In this document: piece by piece, positions 36,767-51,117 of the stretch
Position numbering within the stretch: position 1 is the first letter of the stretch
Layout: each line of letters starts with the position of its first letter
Assembly (NCBI RefSeq): GCF_006345805.1
Contig: NC_042999.1
Span: forward strand, 163,866,001 to 163,930,000
Direction of reading: 5' to 3'
Origin: Octopus sinensis
Taxonomy: Eukaryota
DNA: 64,000 bases
Notes under the pieces: generated by a model
Told to the model about the DNA's origin: nothing
The model's input: the letters and a program-made list of their open reading frames with translations, nothing else
The model's database searches: none
Position numbers and translations under genes: made by a program

Positions 36767-38460
36767 GTACACACATTCACTTGAAGCTGATGACTCAATC
36801 ATTTGCAACGAAAGTTTCTCCGAGCTATCGTTTTCGCGAAAAGACGAAAGGGTAAAAGTGCTTAAAAGTTCTAGTATCCCCGGATCCTTTAATTTCTTTA
36901 ACTTCATGTTTATCAGTCACCCAGCTTTATTTCAGAAAGTTAATGCATCTCTCTTACAGTCTTCCATTAATATTCGTACAGTGAGCCAAGTTGTGGTATT
37001 TGTATAAATTGTAAAGCAGGACAAACATGATATGAGTATATCGTACAAATGAATCGAGACTGTCTCCATGTAACTTACTAATGTGCGCGTAAGGAAAATT
37101 TCATGAGATTTCAAAACAGAAACGATTTAATTTGAGATATATCTAGGTATTTAAAATATCATAATTAAATAGATTTTTATTGATTATCAGCACTATTGTA
37201 TCGTTGAATATTAGATAGTTGCATTTGCCGGAGGCACATTACGTCTTGTTAGTTAGGAATATAATTAGTTAGGAACAGGATTTCTATCTGTGACAAAATA
37301 TAAAGAGTTTGCAATTCTAAACATTTATGCTAGACTAAATTTTAAGACGCTTGAAACTTTAATGCGTGTTTGTTTTTCATTTTGTATAGTCAATCTTTTA
37401 GATATTTTTAGATGCTGTTATGCTCCATGAGATACTTTTAGATATGTGATGAAAATAATTTCAATTGTCGAATCGTGGTGCCCCAGCATAACCGCAGCTT
37501 TGAAGCTGAAGCAATTTAAAGAATTTAAATATAATGGTGATTTTAATCTATCAATAACATGTGATAGAACTTCGTGTGCATGTAGCTTTGTACATTATTA
37601 TATAGTATATATAATTATATAACTATATACAATTATATATAATTGTGTATAATCATATATCTAAACTATAAAGCAACTGCATGATGCTTTGTGTGTATTT
37701 ATATCTTTTCTTAACATAATATTTACAAGTAAATCCAAAGACCATGGTTGTTAGAAATACATTCGTCTTTAGCAAATGAAATTTCCATAAAATTCCCATA
37801 AAATGCCATTGTTGTTGTCATTTAGCCCTAAGTGTATACTAGTCCAACATGCATTTGATGAAAGCCATTCCAGCCCAAGTTATTTGGGAGATATCTTTGA
37901 CTAAAATTTTGGTATTTAGCCTTCCTTTGTAAGATAGTTCGTATGTGATTTGAGGAGATTTAGCTGCTATTTCTAGCAGACCAAGCAAAGAGGGAGACGT
38001 TCCTTATTGGCTCTCGGTATACAACAAAAGAACGTTATCTTTAATCATATCGATAGTTCCAAAACAATTTTAGAGGAATAGTTATAGGAGAGAACTTAAG
38101 AATGTAATAATTGAAAAGCAGCAATTTTGAGAGCATAATGAGTCTGACAAGCGAAAGATTTCTTTCTTTCTATTGTAGTTAACACAACAACGATGTTTCG
38201 ACAATCAGTCTGTTTACATATCACTATTCAAAATAGATAAGCTAGTGGTATAAATTTGGTGATATGTAAATTACTAGGAAAATGACGTAGCATGTCATAG
38301 GGCATATGCATTAATTTTATATAAGAGCGTACATACATACATACATACACATACATACATACATACATACATACATACATACATACACAGAAATATACAT
38401 GTATGCATGCATGCATACATACATACATACATACACACACACACATACACACACACATAC

Positions 38461-39459
38461 ATAGGATGAGCCTATATGAGCAGATGACTAAGCATAGATA
38501 TGTTAGTAGAAAGCTCTGTAATGATAGTAACATCGATCATCAAAGCGGTTTATTATGGATCAACAGCCGGATTACTACTTCCCACTTTGAAGGGTATGCG
38601 TTTGCAATCCAGGAACAGGAAATATCAATCAAATACCTGATGCACAAAAGGGATAGAGATGCAGATAAAGCCGTAAAGTGTAACAACCGATGCAAACTTT
38701 GTGGCGTTCACACTGAAAATATCACCCACATCATAATCAGTTGTCCGAAAATGTCATCACGGTATTATCTACCGATGAGACATGACGTTGTAGCTAGGAA
38801 CTCTATAATGAAATCCGTCGGAAGGATAATCTCGAGGAGAAAGAAATAAGAACTCACAGTATGGTAGAAGCCATAGCCACTCACAATGAAGAGGAATACT
38901 GATGGAATGTACCAGTGAAGACCTCAATAAAATGTAAGCACAACAGACCTGATATAATGATTTGGGATAGAGAAAAGAAAATGTGCACAGTTGTGGAAAT
39001 TCGCTGCTCAGCGGATGTTAACATAAAACTGAAGATCAGTGAAAAAGAGAACACTTATGCTGAACTATTGAGAAGACTGCAGTTGCTCTATCTAGATTAC
39101 AATTCAGGTTTATACCTGTAATTATTGAGGCCCTGGGATCTGTAACACACTGCCTAAATACCAATCTTGAGAAATTAGGCTTCTCAAAACTAGAAAGGAG
39201 AAAGCTAATTCGAAGACTACAGATACAATCCATCACTAGAACTGTGCAACTATATGCTTGAGAATGCATGCATAAAATATACAAATTTGCACATACATAC
39301 ATACATACATACATACATACATACATACATACATACATACATACATACGAAAATACCCTGCTGTTGAAGTTGACATTCCAATGAAGGAGGCTTGGATCTA
39401 GGTTAGAAACCGATTCTTTCTCTATTGGCAAGAAATCTTGAAATAAACTGAATAATGAC
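38461..39459 (+). mobile_element. R4-like RLE retrotransposon, family E, 5'-truncated, embedded in (CATA)n
   Basis: RITTSHFEGYAFAIQEQEI, CKLCGVHTENITHIIISC, HNRPDIMIWD, KENTYAEL; (CATA)n on both sides (38328-38460 and 39460-39654). Confidence 0.87.
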
Positions 39460-39482
39460 ATACATAGATTCACACATACATG

Positions 39483-39514
<32 letters not shown>

Positions 39515-39587
39515 CACACGCATACACACACATGCATACATAATACATACATAAATATATACATGCATACATACATAATGCATACAT

Positions 39588-39618
<31 letters not shown>

Positions 39619-39875
39619 CATACATACTTACATGCATACATACATACATACATAAGGCGGTCTATTGACGAAATCATTTGAGCGTTTGGTAAAAATGTGT
39701 AACAATATTTATCCGATTAATCTTGTTCTAAAATAATTTCAAGTCATAACCTTTCAGAGAATACGATATCGAAAGATTGCAATTTTATTCAGCTTTAGTG
39801 GAACTAGAACTAAGTATTCTTTCCTGGTCACACTATCAATAAATATATGAAATAAATCAATAATTTAGTAAGTTC

Positions 39876-40032
39876 ATATGGCCTAGTGGTTAGGGCAGCG
39901 GACTCGCGGTCGCAGGATCGCGGTTTCGATTCTCAGACCGGGCGTTGTGTGTGTTTATTGAGCGAAAACACCTAAAAGCTCTACGAGGCTCCGGCAGGGG
40001 GTGGTGATCCCTGCTGTACTCTTTCACCACAA
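39876..40032 (+). mobile_element. SINE3 5' half, followed by a SINE2 tail fragment (to about 40085)
   Basis: TGGCCTAGTGGTTAGGGCAGCGGACTCGCGGTCGCAGGATCGCGGTTTCGATTCTCAGACC head, same family as 33939-34312. Confidence 0.8.
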
Positions 40033-42122
40033 TGGCGGTGCCCCAGCATGGCCACAGCTCAAGAGCTGAAACTGGAAAAACAAAAACAAAACATATAACA
40101 CGACACCTGTTTGGGAGCTAATCCCCCATTGATCCACATTGTACGAATTATTCATGTTTTGAAGATTCGGATATCCAATAAAACCTACATTTTAGCATAC
40201 CTTCATAATATATGTCTCACCTGCTATACTTGAGAAACAGTTTTATTAACTAATTGATATTATTTCGCAGATCTATGTTGATATTAATTCGCAGATCTAT
40301 ATCAGAACTGTCAATCGTTTACGTATATACTCAGCACAAACACGCATATACAGACACATACACTTGCATATATACATTCATATACACTTACAGACGTCAG
40401 ATCCTACCTCATATATCTTCCTGGTGTTAGATCACATTAACAAAAAGGGTCTATAGATTGGAAGTGAAGAATAAGCTATTAAAAAACTTACAGACACAAA
40501 ATCATGGAGAAGTAAAGAAGCAAATTCTACACATTTTCTTCACAGATGAAAGCTATCAATGTACTCATATAAAGGTATTAATACACACAACTCAACTATG
40601 TCTACATTAAAGTAAAATTATGCCATCATGTAAATCAAATTGGCAAAAATAGCTGCTCTAACCTAAAAGTTGACCGTTCCTGGAAGTATCAGTTCTATCA
40701 CACTTGAGCAATCAGCTTCAGGTGTAAATTCTGACTTTGTTAGAATCTTGCTCAATGTATGGAATGGTAATATTATTGCAGGCAAGAGAAAGCCAATCAA
40801 CTGATTGCAAGGATTTATTTACCAATCACTGCAATCACTCGCAGCAGCTTTGGCTTATAGGCAGAATGTAAGCCAAAATGCCTGGTGGTATTTGTTCTCA
40901 CTCTGCGCTTGTGTATCAAATCCAGTCGAGTCACTTCAATCTTTTACTCCTTCGGAGTTGATGACATAAAGTTCAAGGCGTGAGTTAACAGAAATTGTGT
41001 CAGATGAGATGTCTTTACGTGTATCTTTACTTCAGTTTGCTGTTGCTAGCATTTGAGTCAGGTTTCCAACTTCATGATTATTTCCTCCCCACTCCACCAA
41101 TCATGGAGGCCTTATAGGAATAAAGGCTCAGGGGCTCTGCTTTTATTCCTCTCATTAAACAGTTTTAAAAAATGTACATTTATGTGCAGTTTTCATGCTT
41201 TGCCCCTTCTATTACAACTACAACGTTTCTCATACAGCCGTTCCACCGTAGGCACTGTAGTTCTTTAGAATTACGTTCTTATCTATGCTTTTCTCGCAAA
41301 TATTGACCTAAAAATACTCGAGCGTATCATACATCTCTGGTTGAGCCTGAAAAAAATCATGGGCACTAACTCTTGATCTCAACTTATGATTTACTCTGAC
41401 ATTAAATAATCGAATACATCATAATGTAAAGAAGAGATAAAACACGTATTCGCAAATGTAGTTCAAATCTTAAATATATTCCTTTCTATAAATTTAATTT
41501 AAACTTTTAAAAATTACCAAGTTATATACTCGAAATAATAATAGTTTCATAACAAGTCTACAAAAAAAAAAGAGTTCTTTCTTTATTATCCGATTCTTTG
41601 TCTCTGGTGTAGGTTTCTTATTAACTAATCAAAATAGTTTCTGCGAATTTTGCTAACCAATGAAATGCTTCAGTGTTTAGTTCCGGTTCAACAACATATC
41701 CTTGTGGTGAATTCAATAGAAGTCAAATGTACTTGATTCGTAACTTAACATGTCTCTATATGCGCGTGTATGTATACATGCACTCACCCACCCACCCACC
41801 CAAACACACACATGCACACAGATGTATATATATATATACATATATATATATGTTCGCTCATTGATTATTTTCTTTATATTGCATAGGAGTGGATCGTCTT
41901 CCCAGGAATCAATTTTATTTGATTTTTCGTTAGCGAAGTAAACTTATTGGAATGAAATGCATCATATCTTAATTCATTCATTTAATTAGATTCGATTTTT
42001 CTCGATTCAAGTTTGAAGTCCTTAATATTCGTGTAGAGAAGGCGCCATTTCGATTTAATTGAATTTCTTCAGTACGAAGTAATTAAGGGTCTGTAAACTA
42101 TATCACATTACTGGTATTACAA

Positions 42123-42179
<57 letters not shown>

Positions 42180-42860
42180 TCTTTTAAATCGAAACCTTAG
42201 AGAAATCCTTCACATAACCAGTTATTGGACAATTTTGAAGTGGATCTACAACCATTAATTCAAATATATCAAAATTTCCAAGTATTTGAGCCTTCTATGA
42301 AAAGGAAATATCAACAATTGTTTTTAGGATTAAACGATTGCCTAAGATTCAACGATTCTTTGACAAGACTCATAATCTTCACGCTTATTCTGTAAACGTC
42401 TATAATGACTTTATGACTAAGGATATAACAAGAATTATAAAAGGATCGACAAGGCTGCACTGAAGAACATTAATGATCAACAATGTAAACTCGTTAGAAA
42501 ATTAACAGTAGAGAATATGACTGAATCATATGCAGCTAGTTCTCGCTTCTGTATGAAAGATCACAAGGTTGATTTCATCACAAAAGACCTTCAATAAGAC
42601 TTATTGCCCCCATAAATTTCGACCTCAGTCATATTGATAAATCTATTTGGGGTAAGATTATCGCTATCGTTAAAAATAAATTTAAGCTTAACCTTTAGAA
42701 TTATACAAGTGAGGTAATAACACATTATATTAACAATTATTCGTCTGTGTAAACAAAGCTCTCATATTTACTAAAAAACTTACACATCTCTCTCAGGTAG
42801 ATGTAGATATTATACTAAGAGTTACAAAAACTTATTTCTTTTAATAATATTGCTGGAGTT
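42180..42860 (+). mobile_element. Degenerate Penelope-like pre-RT/RT N-terminal fragment
   Basis: Broken frames FKS...LDNFEVDL, FCMKDHKVDF, RLIAP and SHIDKSIWGKII...LNL*NYTSEVI resemble PLE LKDHK / CRLINP / NLW-T-EVI motifs. Confidence 0.6.
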
Positions 42861-43044
42861 GATCATCTCCTAGCGTCGATACTATGATGAGATCTTCCGA
42901 TTCCGCGCAAGTTAGAAATCTGGTTGACTTAATTCTTCTATACTAACTGCACTCACATTTTCCTAAAATTTAAGGACACCTATATGGAACCGATACTTTC
43001 TCGTTGTCACCGAGTACTCTAAATCTAGCGTTGAACATACCTGC

Positions 43045-43330
43045 AATACACCTTTGGAAACATGGGTATTGTGTTCAACATCCTTAAAGAACCCTTATTC
43101 AGGGACCATTTGAGCGGGATAGGGTACTCAATCTGAAGAAAATTCTAACTGGGCTCCACCTGCGAGGTCATGCACTGTTAATCTTGATAAGAGATCACCA
43201 TGTCGCGCACATATGGTTGTGATGCATGTGCCTGGTGTACCCCTATCAGACGGGTAGTCATGATGGGTATACTGGGCTTTGTATATTTTACCCCAGTCTC
43301 ACTTTGATGTCATGCACTGTTCTCTCACTC
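43045..43330 (+). mobile_element. Family N 3' part with (TAA)n tail (to about 43432)
   Basis: About 85-90% identity by eye to the reverse complement of 25405-25690; ends TTCTCTCACTC then (TAA)n. Confidence 0.85.
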
Positions 43331-43331
43331 G

Positions 43332-43380
<49 letters not shown>

Positions 43381-43459
43381 TAATAATAATGATAATAATA
43401 ATAATAATAATAACGATGATGATAATACTGATAATATGGCTATGAACCAGATATAAATG

Positions 43460-44600
43460 ATAAAATATCATTGCAAATAGTAATTTAACACGTGATATGA
43501 GAAATTAATTGTAGAGTACCCACCACTTGTCCTTTAGTTTATGAATGTTTATACTAAGTACCAGGAATCTACTAAAATGTATTTCTGATCCTCCATTGAT
43601 TTCAAAAGATGTTATTTCGCTTATCTTATGTTAATTTTCAAATATTACGCGCCAATCTTTAGCCTCATTAGTAAATTATATCCACCATCTCAAGATTAAT
43701 AACATTTCCTATAAGATCACATGGTCTTTTACATGAAGTTGAAGACCTTGAAGACCAATATGTACTGCATGGAATTTCTGGAAACATTAGGAGAGAACAG
43801 AGATTTTTCCTGAACAAAAGGCAGGAGGCAATTAGATTCTGTAGATTTTTTCAAAGCGTATATTTTGTTTTATGATACTCCATCTACTCCAATCGCTTTA
43901 AATACCTATCAGTTTATATTTCAACCTAATATTCTCGTCTTAGCTTTTTATATATCCTTCTTCATCTGTTTTAGGCTTGGTTTATAAAAACTAGGCCTGA
44001 TTGGAGTTTTAACATACCTTTGTATCATAAAACTTTATTTGTAGTTACATAATAACATTTGAGGCCCTCTGCTTCTTTTGTTTCACCGTTTATTTTTCAA
44101 TTTATTTTCTTCATAATCTACTTTTTTCTTGCTTTTCGTTGTTTAATTCTCGAATTTTTTTTACCATGGTTCTTGCCACGTATTCCCTACATCCTTTGAC
44201 AAGTATACTGCATTATGTCCGCAAATGGTCATCTGCCCTTCAAAAGAGGATCTTGAGATTCTTTCTTTCATCCCTTTCTTTTAATGAACTCGGTGTGATA
44301 TTCTACTTCTACTATTTTAAAGAAAACAAAACGAAACAAACTCTTGTTTACACTTAGTGTTTACATTCTTTTACAATTTTGTAACAAACACTCACTGATC
44401 TCAATGTCTTACAGTGATGACATTTAGGTTGAAGAAACGAAACTAAAGTTGACGATGACGAAATCGAGATAGACGACAACATTATTGCGACTAACGATAA
44501 GATAGCGAAATTAAGGCTGGCGATGATGAATTTGAGACTGATATTGACGAAGCTGGGGTCGATAATGTCGAATTCGAGGACGAAACCTTGTATTACACAC
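43460..44600 (-). mobile_element. Possible highly degenerate L1/Tx1-like remnants
   Basis: Weak minus-strand hints only (KAIGVDGVS similar to KSPGxDG; CREYVART), plus a pyrimidine-rich 3'-UTR-like block at 44285-44600. Confidence 0.3.
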
Positions 44601-46208
44601 TACGCAGGAGAAACTTTAAAATCATTGTAAATCTTCCATCATATTTAGACAAAAATTCCATCTATCGCTAGTGGCCTATCTAGATTATGTGGGCGGATGC
44701 GTGGGGTGCTAATACATTACCCAGCCAAGCATCACCACTCGAACCCAGTCACTTCTTTCTTTATTTAGCGGAGTTCAGTCTGCTACAATCATTGAGGCCA
44801 GTCTTTGTTCTTGATCTCTTTTCTCTGCAGACAATCATCCTCAAATGTTCAAGTTGAACATAAGCCGCACCAGTATCAGTGGTTGAAAAGAAGCTGCAAA
44901 AGTTGTCGACCCTGCGTCTTATCTCCCGATTAATTTATTAAAACAACTATATTTTTGTCGCACTTATTTGTAACATCTAGATGGACTGACGCGATGTAGA
45001 ATGAAGTATTGTAAAAAAACGGCTACATTAGATTTGAAATCACGGCCTCTGAGCAATGAATTAAATATCTTATCCACCGACCAATTTGCACTGATAAAAT
45101 TTCAACAGCACATCATTAATAACGTTAGAAAAAGTCATGAAAGTTTGACTTGCAATTGTTCTGATATATCAAGCTGAGACTCGATGTCTATGATCGATAT
45201 CAGTGGAGAAAAACAAATGGGAAAAACAGATAATTCTGCCATCAATACGATTAGTTTCTAACACCTGAATCTAGATTAACAAGTCATCATGATACTTAAT
45301 GATAATTAATGATAAATAGCATTATTACCTCTGCCATCCCACTTCACCATCCAACAAATCTAACTACCTCCCCGCTCCCAACCCATCCTGCCAAGTTAGT
45401 CGCTACTGTCAGTTAATATTCTACTTTTATTCTTTTACTGATTTCAGTCATTTGGTTACTGCAGTCATGTTAAAGCACTGCAAGTCGACCCTGGTACTTA
45501 TTTTATCGAATTCACACACGCGCGCGCGCGCACACACACACACACACACACGAGCACGCGCGCGCGCACACATACACACACATGTAATGGAAGTTGATTG
45601 AAAGACGAGTATGACAACTGCTGCTTTTGAGACTCGCCTATGATTTATCGTTTCTTTCGCAACTATTGCATTAAATATTTCTTAGTTAAATACAATGCAA
45701 AATCTGTCCTGAGAATTGTCATTGCTTACGAGCATCTTTCTCTTCAGAACACTAACAGAAAGAGAAATTCTATTCTCTGATTGGCAGACATATGTTCTTT
45801 CGGGTGGCAATAATCTATTATTAGTTTACTTTGGTTCATATCGCCAGTCTCTGAAAGCTAAACTTGATTACAAGTTGAACATTTGGAGGGATTCCTTTCC
45901 ATTCCTTACGGCTCGTTTCAATTTTGTGTTAAATTCGATTCTCTTCAAAATGCTTAGACGCATTATAAATTGAATTTTTTCCATACTTAACTCTTTTTGC
46001 AGATTAGACATCAGATAATCTTTATATATTAACTTCAGTTCACGAAAGGGTTTCTTGTAATTTTCCATAGAGTAGACTATTTGAGAGTATTTTATCTTCC
46101 GATAAGCTCTGCTAACCTCTTTTTGCTACACTTGTAAGAGAGCTCATAAAAGCACACACGTACGCACGCACGCACGCACGCACACGCACGCACACACACA
46201 CACACACA

Positions 46209-46239
<31 letters not shown>

Positions 46240-47844
46240 TATTGTATGTGTGTTTGTACATAGAACGGGCTTCTGTACAGTTTCTGTCAACTACATTCCA
46301 TTTATATGCCACTGGTCAAATCCAGGATGTGTATCTTCGTAAAATATAAACGAAACAGAACTCTACTAGTCACATATGTAAAACAAAACATATGATTTTG
46401 TCTTCAGCCATTGATTTTTAGTTAATATTAGACGAAACATTTATTATATTAATGCATTAGATTTTGAAGTGAGGTTTTCATCAAAAGTAATCCTAATTGC
46501 TATTTAGTTGTTATACTGTTTCATTGTACACCATTTATATCAAGTAATTATGAAAAAAACATTTATGGTTATTGACTTGCCACTAAGACCATGGAAAGAG
46601 ATAAAAAGATATTGTGATGTTTATATTTTTAATATGAATGATATAAATTAAAGGAAGTGTTTTCAACCAAGAATAGAACTTGCGTCACAGATTTGATATT
46701 CCAGAAGTTGTTTTGCATTAAGGTGAAGCTGATATATTGGTCCGTTTTTCGTTCAACAACCCCCATTTTTACACAAAAGCATTAGCAGTGTAAATGAAGA
46801 CCCACCACGATGAATACTATATTTGTATTTTTAGAAAAGTAAAAAAAAATTTCTTTATATTTTTCTTTTTATATAAGAAATTTGGTGGTCTTTATGATAG
46901 ATTAACTCAAATATCGCCGTTTCAACCGAAAACGTAATTCCATGACGGAAACAAATATTCTCATCTGATATTAAGCATTGCATACCAAGTCTTTCAAAAA
47001 GGCATCGTTACATATCGCTTAAATCAATAATTATAATCATCGTAAAAAAATTAGCTTCGTTTGTTTCACATTCAGTGTTTTGAAGACTAAATATTGTAGT
47101 CACCCGATAAATACGTATCTGTGACATATTGGTTCCATGGAAGTTAAATTAAGTACATTTACAATAAATATCACTGTTTATATTTCCAAATGAGGATTTT
47201 GGTGAGTACAGTTTTGTATTAATTTTAGAATAGATTGTTTTCACTACAGTATTTTTGACCTCAGCCACTATACAGTTTTTTTTTGAGAAATGTGGCTTTA
47301 ATCGAACTATTTATGATAAAATCCTCGGAAGATCAAAAGTCTTGCAGTTATTGAACTTTTTGTATTTTGAATGTACATTCCAGGTTAGATGTCAGTAACA
47401 TTCGACGTTTTAACGTCAATCATTACTGCTTTACGAGAAAAATCTATAAAGATACCAATTTTTAGAAAATTGCAGCCGATCTATATATTTCATTATGTTT
47501 CTGTTCTGACTGATGCAATTTTAAGGTTACATGACAAACGTATTGGAGATTTTGAACGTGAGAGAAAATTTTATTGCGGAAACAAATATCTAGACAAGGT
47601 TACAGTGAAAGAGAGAAATTCATCTAGGAGCTTCTGCCAATTTCCTTTTTATTCAAAGAGAAATATTTTAAGAGAGAACCATGTAATTCAGTTTATCACG
47701 TGCAGATGTATAATAACCTCATGATCGAGCAGAGTTATATGTGAAACATTTGAGTAATTTTCACACACATAAAGCTACATAAACAAATACACAAACATGC
47801 ATACGCACACTCATACACATTGGTAAAAAGAAATATAAGGAGGT

Positions 47845-47905
<61 letters not shown>

Positions 47906-48552
47906 GCATCAAATACACACACACGTATGTATATAAATAAGCCTTACCCTAAGAGTCAATTGTAATTACACAGAAATATCATTACTCAGGGATCTTTTCT
48001 TCTAAAGCATTAATTTACAGAGCATTTCTAACAACACCAGGTGGTTTTAACTGGATTTATACCGGGCTTATCGAGAGTACATTCAAAAGGGGGTCAAAAA
48101 TATGCCTTCAATTCTTAGACAGAAGATAAACTGTGTTTAGTTCAAATTTTTATAAATGTTTGCTGATATTTGATAGGATGAGATTCATCATCGAAACCAA
48201 TAATATTTTCTTTATATAATGTTTAAAATCATTTTCATTAAATTCCTTCTTAAATTGAAATGTCTCAGATTTACTTCTGTGCTACTTTCACCTCTATCTT
48301 TTATATATAAAAAGGGGAAATTACGGTTTCTCAGATCTTTAAACAGTCGGTTCCGCATGTAATGGTATGTTTTAGGGAAAGATGTATTTATAAATTTTTT
48401 TCTCTGCGAGCGGATCTGATTTTGATTCGTTAAAAAATTGATGACGTTTTTCTTCCGTGGTCATGCTTGTCGTTCTGCATGGTTGGTTTCTTTGCAGGAT
48501 ACGGTTATAGGTCGTTCTGGTTGAAGTTCGGTTTCAATTGGTTTGGAATTAT

Positions 48553-48612
48553 GTGACGTCAGCAACTGGTGTTTGTGGAATTTCATTGGACTGGAGGTGG
48601 GTGACGTCAGCA
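48553..48612. promoter_or_regulatory. Two perfect CRE/ATF palindromes (TGACGTCA) within a duplicated 12-mer GTGACGTCAGCA
   Basis: TGACGTCA at 48554-48561 and 48602-48609; function is not shown by sequence alone. Confidence 0.35.
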
Positions 48613-48719
48613 TCTTATGTTTGTGTGGTGAATTAGAGCTGCGGTTTCGAAACCCGGGTGGAAGGTTGTTACTAAATTTTTTTGTTCTTTTGTGTTGAAA
48701 TTGGGTGTTTTTTATCTTC

Positions 48720-49165
48720 TTTATACTGCTTTGTCTTCTTACTAAAGGATAGCTGTGGTTTATATTTTTTAATCAGTGTTTTCCTTATTTAAACGGAATT
48801 GGGTTGAAGTGTTTCCAGTGCATTGATAGAGAGGGAAGATTTGGTATTTAGGGTTTTTGTCTATGGGACATTGGTCTAGGTGCTGGCTAACGGGAATTTT
48901 CCGAGTTGAGGGGTCACGGATTTGGTGCCTGTGCACCGTAAGTATATCCCTCAAAGTTAAACTTGTTTGACCAATGTAATCTCCACCACAACCTCCACAT
49001 TTAAGAAAATAGATTACGTTCTTCAAAGCACAGTTGAAGTCATGTTTTATGGTAAAAGTTAGGCCTGACTTAAATTTGTATGTTGAACCCTCTAAGAGAA
49101 AGGCGCAAGTTCCGCAGTTAGGGCGGTTGCATTTTTTGACTTGTGGGGTTGTATTTTTGATGGGC
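48720..49165 (-). mobile_element. Penelope-like element, GIY-YIG endonuclease domain
   Basis: CNRPNCGTC zinc motif, NVIYFLKCGGCGGDYIGQT, HRHQIR, VSQHL, then a frameshift into LIKKYKPQL. Confidence 0.88.
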
Positions 49166-49171
49166 AAATTA

Positions 49172-49210
<39 letters not shown>

Positions 49211-49443
49211 TTTTCTCACTTCTCGTTTATAAAAAACGAACAACTCTATATTAGCATCAATATTTTCAAACGATATTTTCGAAAACGACCAGAGCTTCGA
49301 ACCATCGGTCAGTTTTGCAAAAAGATTGAATACATAGTCTGGACAAACAAAATCTTTAAATAACTAAAGCGGACAACAAATAAAACAAACCCTACAGAAT
49401 GATAAATATTATGATTCGCCATTTAGTGATGATGATGATGATG

Positions 49444-49501
<58 letters not shown>

Positions 49502-49502
<1 letters not shown>

Positions 49503-49716
49503 CCTTTCTCCTGGAAGCACAAGGCCTCAAATTTGGGGGAAGGGATTAAGTCGATAACATCGACCCCAGTGCATAACTAGTACTAATTTTATCGACCCCG
49601 AAATGATGAAAGGCAAAGTCGACCTCGGCGGAATTTGAACTCAGAATATAACGGCAGATGAAATACCGCTAAGCATTTCGCCCGGCGTGCTAACGATTCT
49701 GCCAACTCGCCGCCTT
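49502..49716 (-). mobile_element. Full SINE1 monomer, antisense, with TAA tracts on both sides
   Basis: Minus strand AGGCGGCGAGTTGGCAGAATCGTTAGCACGCCGGGCGAAATGC...GAGTTCAAATTCCGCCGAGGTCGAC...; (TAA)n at 49445-49501 and 49717-49849. Confidence 0.88.
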
Positions 49717-49730
49717 AATAATAATAATAC

Positions 49731-49793
<63 letters not shown>

Positions 49794-49794
49794 C

Positions 49795-49844
<50 letters not shown>

Positions 49845-49849
49845 TAATA

Positions 49850-51002
49850 AAGGTGGTAGAGACTTATAAATCTGGAAAACTATTATAAAATAACCACCAT
49901 AGGACTGCAAAAATACCCAGAAGAAAGGAAAACTGATATAAATAGCGGCAAAACACGAGCAAAGCAAAAAATTGTTCTCAGTATTTAAGGAAGCTGACAA
50001 ATACAAACAAGAAATCATATCACCTAACAAATATGAAGAAGAAGAAGAAGAAGAAGAAGAAGAAGAAGAAGAAGAAGAGAAGAAGAAGAAGAAGAAAACA
50101 CAACAAAAGCCATAAAACTAATGAAATCCAAACTAAAACTAGAACAGCAACGGACCATGATAAAACGATGGCAAGAAAAGCCCCTTCATGGCAAATGCTG
50201 GACTAAACTAAATACAAAAGAAATAGACAAAGAAAAATCCCAGCAATGGTTGAGAAGCTCAGGACTCAAAGCAGAGACAGAGGGATTTTTAATTGCAGCA
50301 CAAGACCAAAGCCTCCCCACCAGAAATTACCAAAAACATGTAATGAAAAGAAATATAACAAGTAACTGCAGAATATGTGGAGATGGACAAGAAACAATAA
50401 ATCATATTATCTCTAGCTGCCCAGTCCTGGCTAAGAAGGAATATATTCACAGACACGACAGAGTTGGGACCTACATACACTGGAAGCTATGCCAAGATTA
50501 TGGAATAACAACAGAAAAAAGATGGTATAGGCACACACCAGAAAAGGTCACAGAAAACGAGAAAGCAACCATACTCTGGGATATGCCAATACACACAGAT
50601 AGAGAAATTAAGGCCAACAGACCAGATACAGTTATCAGAGATCATGAAAAAAAAATGCTTTCTAATTGATGTATCAATACCAGCAGATGACAACGTGACT
50701 CTGAAAGAAATGGAGAAACTTTCAAAATACAAAGACCTGGAAATAGAGGTAACTAGAATGTGGAATCTAAAAACAGAAACAATTCCTATCATAGTAGGTG
50801 CATTAGGCATGATAAAAAAATATTCAGACAAATACATAACAAAAATACCAGGACTTACAAACACATATAACATACAGAAAATTGCACTACTAGGCACTGC
50901 GCACATCCTACGCAGAACACTTTCCATACAATAACCATCAGAGCATCACAACAAATCACAGCACGGTAGTGAAGTGAAAGCACGCTATAAAAATAAAACT
51001 AT

Positions 51003-51004
<2 letters not shown>
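49850..51004 (+). mobile_element. R4/Dong-like family A, copy 2 (5'-truncated)
   Basis: Begins AAGGTGGTAGA after (TAA)n; CCHC and RLE regions are nearly identical to copies 1 and 3; (GAA)n expansion at 50035-50096; (TAA)n tail 51005-51096. Confidence 0.93.
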
Positions 51005-51049
<45 letters not shown>

Positions 51050-51054
51050 AATAC

Positions 51055-51097
<43 letters not shown>

Positions 51098-51117
51098 TAT
51101 TATTATTATTATTATTA

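Noticed and set aside
36787-36825. CTGATGA...GAAA spacing like a hammerhead
   Set aside because: No stem II or stem I pairing.
39876-39950. tRNA-like sequences with A and B boxes (also 34240-34312, 14780-14870, 15856-15925)
   Set aside because: No clean cloverleaf, and each continues into a shared repeat body, so these are SINE heads rather than tRNA genes.
40480-40800. Possible CR1-like 3' remnant (FVRILLNVWN)
   Set aside because: A single weak motif; not enough to call.
45716-47724. Non-repetitive ORFs 45716-45973, 45868-46068 and 47389-47724 as host exons
   Set aside because: No recognisable domain, no consistent splice pairs, and lengths expected by chance.
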